From Prasinococcaceae sp. CCMP 1430 (lineage: Eukaryota > Plantae > Prasinodermophyta): a stretch of 12,514 nt of DNA. The notes beneath the pieces were generated by a model. The model was not told the DNA's origin, did not search any database, and saw nothing but the letters and a program-made list of their open reading frames with translations. Position 1 is the stretch's first letter, and every line of letters starts with the position of its first letter. Below, piece after piece: positions 7,814 through 12,514 of the stretch. Position numbers and translations under genes: made by a program. The stretch lies in the NCBI GenBank assembly GCA_013416795.1, contig RQSC01000030.1:117860-130373 (forward strand), written 5' to 3'.

Positions 7814-10311
7814 GTGCCTCCCGCCGCGACGACGGCGCCACCGGCGACCGCTGATCCGCAGCCGCCCGGGAGCCCGCGCGCGGAGACGACAACGCAGCGC
7901 GACGACGAGCGCTTCCAGACGCACCAGCCCGCATCCCCGAGCGCGCACGCTGAGCCGGGCGCGGACGGCGGCGAGCACGCCTCGCCAGAATCGGAGGGCC
8001 CGGGGGCAGGCGCACCGCCCGCCGCTCACACACACACACGCGCGCGCGCGCACGCGCGCACACACCGGCACACGGACGAAAGCGCACGCGCACACCCACA
8101 CCCACACCCACACCCACACGCACGCGCGCGCGCACACACGCACACGCGCGCGCACACGCGCGGCGCTCACGCCCCTGTCGCGTCCCGTCGGTCGAAGTCG
8201 GCCACGACGTCGCCGACGAAGCCGAGGCGCGGCGGCGCACGGCGTGGCGCGGCGCGACGCCCCGTGAGCGCCCCCGAAGACGCCGGGGGGGCTGATCGGC
8301 CCCCGGCGCGGAAGTCGATCCCAGCCGAGGCCAGGGGCGACGTGCTGAGAGCGCGCCAGCGAGAGAGGGATGCGCAGCTGCTCCTTGAGGAGCGGCAGAT
8401 GCAGCGACGGCAGCCCAGACCGCCGGTGCCGCGCTCGTCCCTCGCGCAGCAGCAGGCCGGCCGGCAGCAGGCCGTGGCGAACGCGACGTCGAAGCGCGCC
8501 CATTCCGGCCTCACGGCCGGGGCGGGAGTTGGGGCAGGGGCGGCAGAGACACCACCCCCGAAGGGATGGGGCGTCCGCGCGCCGGACAAAGTGAAGGAGG
8601 CGCTCCGAGCCGCCACGGCGGCCATGGAGAAGGAGCGCGCCGCGGCAGCCGCCGCCGCTGCGGTCGCCGCCAGAGCCGCCGCCTCAAACGCCGAGGGTGA
8701 GGCTCCCCCCACGCAGGGCCAGCCGCACGCGGAGGGCGCGCCGGAGCGGCGCGAGAGCGCTGCGCGCGATGCGGCGGCGGAGGAGGAGGCGACGCGCTCG
8801 GCCGCGCACGCTGCAGCGAGGGCCAAGGCCGCCGCGGCCAGCGAGCGCCTTCAGGCGCTCGCCGCGAGCGTCGAGTCCAGGCCCCTGAGCGACGAGGAGC
8901 TGCTTGAGGCCGCCGAGCTCGTGAAGGTGGCGGACAGGCTACCATCGGAAGCGCCGTCGCGCCCGACGGTGCCATCCGTGTGTGGCATCGTCACCGGCAC
9001 GTGCGACTCGTGCCGCGTGCCCATGCGGCAGCGCATGCGCGCCATCCAGGGGGTCATATCGAGGTGCGCGTTCCGCCGCAGGCGCGCGCGCGCGCCGCTG
9101 CCGGGCGCCGCGCCCGCCGCTGACCCTCTCCGCTTCGCCCGCGCGCTCGCTCCGCCAGCCTCGAGTACAACCACACGCCCAATGCGCAGCACTTCAACGT
9201 GCGAAAGGGCCGTCCGCTGGGCCGCGTGATGGACACCGCGCGCATGGTGCTGCGCGAGTCGCTGCCCATCAAGTGTGTGGAGGCGGTCTTCGTGGCGCTG
9301 TACCTCACCGCGGGCATCGACGGCCTCGAGCGCGTGCCGCTGGCGTTCAAGACCACCGTCGGAAAGCACACCTTCAGGCACATCGTGCTCGCGGTGCACC
9401 ACCGCGACCGCAAGGACGGCACCTCCGCGTACGGCGCTCTCGGCATCAGCCGCCGCAAGGAGCTCATGTTCAAGGAGCTGGCGTATCCGACCATGTCGGC
9501 GCTCACGCGCAGCTTCGTGGAGGGGTACGAGAGGTGGTGGCATCGCGTGTCCAAGGTGCGCCTCGGGCTCCCCGTGTCGCACGACGTGCACTCGAACGAG
9601 CGGGTGGTCTGGCGGCGCCTCACGGTGACGGGCGTCTCCGGCAGGGACTGGGAGACGCAGGTGGCGCCGACCATCGACGACTTCGCGAGCAAGGCGGGCG
9701 CGCTCGCCACGCGCCGGGGCGGGGCGGGCGACGCGCCGACGGTCGTGTCGGCGGGCGGCGGCGATGGCGTCGACGCGCACGCCGAGGACGAGGTGCTCTC
9801 CGACGGCGAGGTGGACACGCGCCCCCCGCGAAAGGAGTCGCTGGCGTCCGCGCGCGGCGAGGGGAGCGAGGGCAAGGCCAAGGCCAAGGCCAAGGCGCGG
9901 CGCGCGAGCGACGCAGGCGCCCACGCGAGCGCCGGTGACGCGGCGGGTGACGCCGACGCCCGCGCGCCCCGGCGCACGAGCCGCCGTGGGGCCGACCAGG
10001 CTCGGGCCGACCGACCCGCCGTCGCGACGCAGCCCGCCGCGGCCGAGGCGCCGGTGTGCGACGTCGTGGCGGACGTCGTGCGCGCGCTCGTGGACTCGGC
10101 GTGCAGCTCGTCGGCGACCGGTCGAGCTGGGGAGGCGATGCGGCAGGGGGGGGCGGCGGGAGGTGGCGGAGCCGCCGCGCCCGCGAGCGATGGGCGCGCG
10201 AGCACGTCGGGCGACGGGCCGTCCATCGATGCGCCGCCCGCGCCGGGCTCCGTCGGTGCCGAGCTCGCGCTGGAGCTGGAGCACCCGCGCGTGTCCTTCC
10301 TCGCGGTCTGA
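7814..10311 (+). CDS. VASH: Vasohibin-family tubulin carboxypeptidase (detyrosinase) with long low-complexity extensions
   Basis: Intron 9064-9158 (AG|GTGCGC...gctgac...CCAG) joins ...AIQGVIS to SLEYNHTPNAQHFNVRKGRPLGRVMDTARMVLRESLPIKCVEAVFVALYLT...FRHIVLAV. This matches vasohibin LQYNH / LPIKC(L)EAV / HIVL, with catalytic Cys at 9274-9276 and His at 9379-9381. Stop is 10309-10311. The 5' end is unresolved: 7814 is a GTG, and the CA-rich 8025-8160 stretch may be intronic with an acceptor at 8197. Confidence 0.88.
9064..9158 (+). other. 95-nt phase-2 intron of the vasohibin gene
   Basis: GTGCGC donor, CTGAC branch-like motif near 9120, and a pyrimidine tract ending in CAG. Splicing restores the vasohibin reading frame. 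Confidence 0.85.
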
Positions 10312-10395
10312 CGGCATCGTGCGCACCACGCGCGCGCGCGCGCGCGCGCGCTCGAGGCGCGCGCCTGTATCATACGTGTAGACTACTGTACGCTC

Positions 10396-11162
10396 TCACA
10401 CCTGCCGCCTGGCCTTTTTGTGGCCGCGGGCGGCCGCGCTGCCGCCGTTGGCGGTGGCGTACGCGTTGCCGGGGCGCGCACCAGCGCCGTCGGCGAAGCG
10501 CTCCTCGTGCAGCATCACCATGTGCTGCAGGGCGATGATCTCCTCCCGCACCGACCCCAGCTCCTCGACGAGCTGCTCCTGCTGCTTGAGCGACTGCTGC
10601 AGCTCGCCGGCGAGGCGCTCGTGCTGCTCCCGCGCCTCCGCGCGCCGCCCCTCCTCCTCTTCCCGCCGCGCGTCGCGCTCCTCCCGCTGCTGCCCGTCGC
10701 CCTCGGCGCCGTCCCCCTCCGGCACGCGCACGTAAACCGCCCTCCGCGTGCCCTCCACCTCCACGGTGTGCGAGCCCAGCGCGTACGACGTGATCGCGTC
10801 CGCGTTGAGGCTCACCATGTCGCGCAGGTCGTCCAGCGCGCGCGGCGTCGTGCGGTAGACGCAGCCGACGACGCTCTGGCAGCCCGCGCAGTGCACGTGG
10901 AAGAACGTGCTGCCGGCGTCCTTGGCGGAGGCGCTCGTGCGCGGCTCCTTGTCGGCGACGTAGACGGAGCTCGCCGCGGAGAGGCACACCAGCCGCAGGT
11001 CGCCGTCGTTGGACACCATCGACAGCGAGTCGCCCAGCACGGTGCGGCACTGGCGGCACTGGAAGACGAGCAGCGGCGCCTCCTCGGTCACGTGCTGCTG
11101 CGCGGGCGCGATGGCGCCCTCGGCGGCGCCCCCGCGGGCGCCCTCGCGCGACGCCGCGTCCG
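10396..11162 (-). CDS. MIS18: Mis18-like protein (Yippee/Mis18 Zn-binding domain + C-terminal coiled coil), 5'-partial, copy A
   Basis: PLLVFQCRQCRTVLGDS...HCAGCQSVVGCVYRTTPRALDDLRDMVSLNADAITSYALGS has two CxxC pairs and Mis18-type motifs, followed by a heptad-rich tail. The track start at 11091 is a GTG; the frame stays open to the N at 11163 with no ATG, so the start is missing. Confidence 0.8.
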
Positions 11163-11163
11163 N

Positions 11164-11663
11164 TGGACACGCGCCCCCCGCGAAAGGAGTCGCTGGCGTC
11201 CGCGCGCGGCGAGGGGAGCGAGGGCAAGGCCAAGGCCAAGGCCAAGGCGCGGCGCGCGAGCGACGCAGGCGCCCACGCGAGCGCCGGTGACGCGGCGGGT
11301 GACGCCGACGCCCGCGCGCCCCGGCGCACGAGCCGCCGTGGGGCCGACCAGGCTCGGGCCGACCGACCCGCCGTCGCGACGCAGCCCGCCGCGGCCGAGG
11401 CGCCGGTGTGCGACGTCGTGGCGGACGTCGTGCGCGCGCTCGTGGACTCGGCGTGCAGCTCGTCGGCGACCGGTCGAGCTGGGGAGGCGATGCGGCAGGG
11501 GGGGGCGGCGGGAGGTGGCGGAGCCGCCGCGCCCGCGAGCGATGGGCGCGCGAGCACGTCGGGCGACGGGCCGTCCATCGATGCGCCGCCCGCGCCGGGC
11601 TCCGTCGGTGCCGAGCTCGCGCTGGAGCTGGAGCACCCGCGCGTGTCCTTCCTCGCGGTCTGA
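11164..11663 (+). other. Duplicated 3' fragment of the vasohibin CDS (low-complexity tail only)
   Basis: Same sequence as 9812-10311. It begins mid-codon after the N and lacks the catalytic domain. Confidence 0.8.
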
Positions 11664-11747
11664 CGGCATCGTGCGCACCACGCGCGCGCGCGCGCGCGCG
11701 CGCTCGAGGCGCGCGCCTGTATCATACGTGTAGACTACTGTACGCTC

Positions 11748-12514
11748 TCACACCTGCCGCCTGGCCTTTTTGTGGCCGCGGGCGGCCGCGCTGCCGCCGT
11801 TGGCGGTGGCGTACGCGTTGCCGGGGCGCGCACCAGCGCCGTCGGCGAAGCGCTCCTCGTGCAGCATCACCATGTGCTGCAGGGCGATGATCTCCTCCCG
11901 CACCGACCCCAGCTCCTCGACGAGCTGCTCCTGCTGCTTGAGCGACTGCTGCAGCTCGCCGGCGAGGCGCTCGTGCTGCTCCCGCGCCTCCGCGCGCCGC
12001 CCCTCCTCCTCTTCCCGCCGCGCGTCGCGCTCCTCCCGCTGCTGCCCGTCGCCCTCGGCGCCGTCCCCCTCCGGCACGCGCACGTAAACCGCCCTCCGCG
12101 TGCCCTCCACCTCCACGGTGTGCGAGCCCAGCGCGTACGACGTGATCGCGTCCGCGTTGAGGCTCACCATGTCGCGCAGGTCGTCCAGCGCGCGCGGCGT
12201 CGTGCGGTAGACGCAGCCGACGACGCTCTGGCAGCCCGCGCAGTGCACGTGGAAGAACGTGCTGCCGGCGTCCTTGGCGGAGGCGCTCGTGCGCGGCTCC
12301 TTGTCGGCGACGTAGACGGAGCTCGCCGCGGAGAGGCACACCAGCCGCAGGTCGCCGTCGTTGGACACCATCGACAGCGAGTCGCCCAGCACGGTGCGGC
12401 ACTGGCGGCACTGGAAGACGAGCAGCGGCGCCTCCTCGGTCACGTGCTGCTGCGCGGGCGCGATGGCGCCCTCGGCGGCGCCCCCGCGGGCGCCCTCGCG
12501 CGACGCCGCGTCCG
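11748..12514 (-). CDS. MIS18: Mis18-like protein, 5'-partial, copy B (open to the window edge)
   Basis: Identical translation to copy A. The frame runs off the right end of the window, so the true start may lie beyond 12514. Confidence 0.7.
   Translation of the reverse strand, partial: DAASREGARGGAAEGAIAPAQQHVTEEAPLLVFQCRQCRTVLGDSLSMVSNDGDLRLVCLSAASSVYVADKEPRTSASAKDAGSTFFHVHCAGCQSVVGCVYRTTPRALDDLRDMVSLNADAITSYALGSHTVEVEGTRRAVYVRVPEGDGAEGDGQQREERDARREEEEGRRAEAREQHERLAGELQQSLKQQEQLVEELGSVREEIIALQHMVMLHEERFADGAGARPGNAYATANGGSAAARGHKKARRQV

Larger units (their letters stand above)
11164..12514. repeat. Apparently identical direct copy of 9812-11162 (1351 bp, offset 1352) after a single N; probable assembly artefact
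   Basis: ORF coordinates shift by exactly 1352 (10396->11748, 10056->11408, 10418->11770) with identical translations. Even the (CG)n tract length is unchanged. Confidence 0.92.

Noticed and set aside
8851-10373. Long minus-strand ORFs (492 aa, 439 aa) and the alternate plus frame 8982..9938
   Set aside because: They are shadow ORFs of the GC3-rich vasohibin CDS with no domain features.
10370-11733. 451-aa and 437-aa ORFs crossing position 11163
   Set aside because: They are artificial fusions across the N junction of the duplicated block.

Overview
Very GC-rich, CpG-rich, gene-dense eukaryotic DNA with GT-AG introns (donors GTGCGC/GTGCGT/GTGAGC) and many (AC)n, (GC)n and (GTGTGC)n microsatellites. 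It resembles a compact unicellular alga or protist genome, but the taxon cannot be fixed from sequence alone. After an unassigned first kb and a 176-N gap, the genes are: a chimeric ankyrin-repeat + GNAT-like gene (+); two tandem-duplicated two-exon genes for a small Pro-rich protein with a Cys-rich membrane segment (-; copy 2 is frameshifted and truncated); a glutaredoxin-like DUF836 gene (+); a TMEM144-like DMT transporter (-, one intron bounded by a 10-bp direct repeat); a vasohibin tubulin carboxypeptidase (+); and a 5'-partial Mis18/Yippee gene (-). The last 1351 bp (11164-12514) are an apparently identical copy of 9812-11162 separated by one N, most likely an assembly artefact. No rRNA, tRNA, CRISPR array or autonomous transposon is visible. 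The best leads are the ANK-GNAT chimera with its sharp codon-usage break, the direct-repeat-bounded intron (possible recent intron gain), and the almost purely nonsynonymous divergence of the duplicated small membrane-protein genes.
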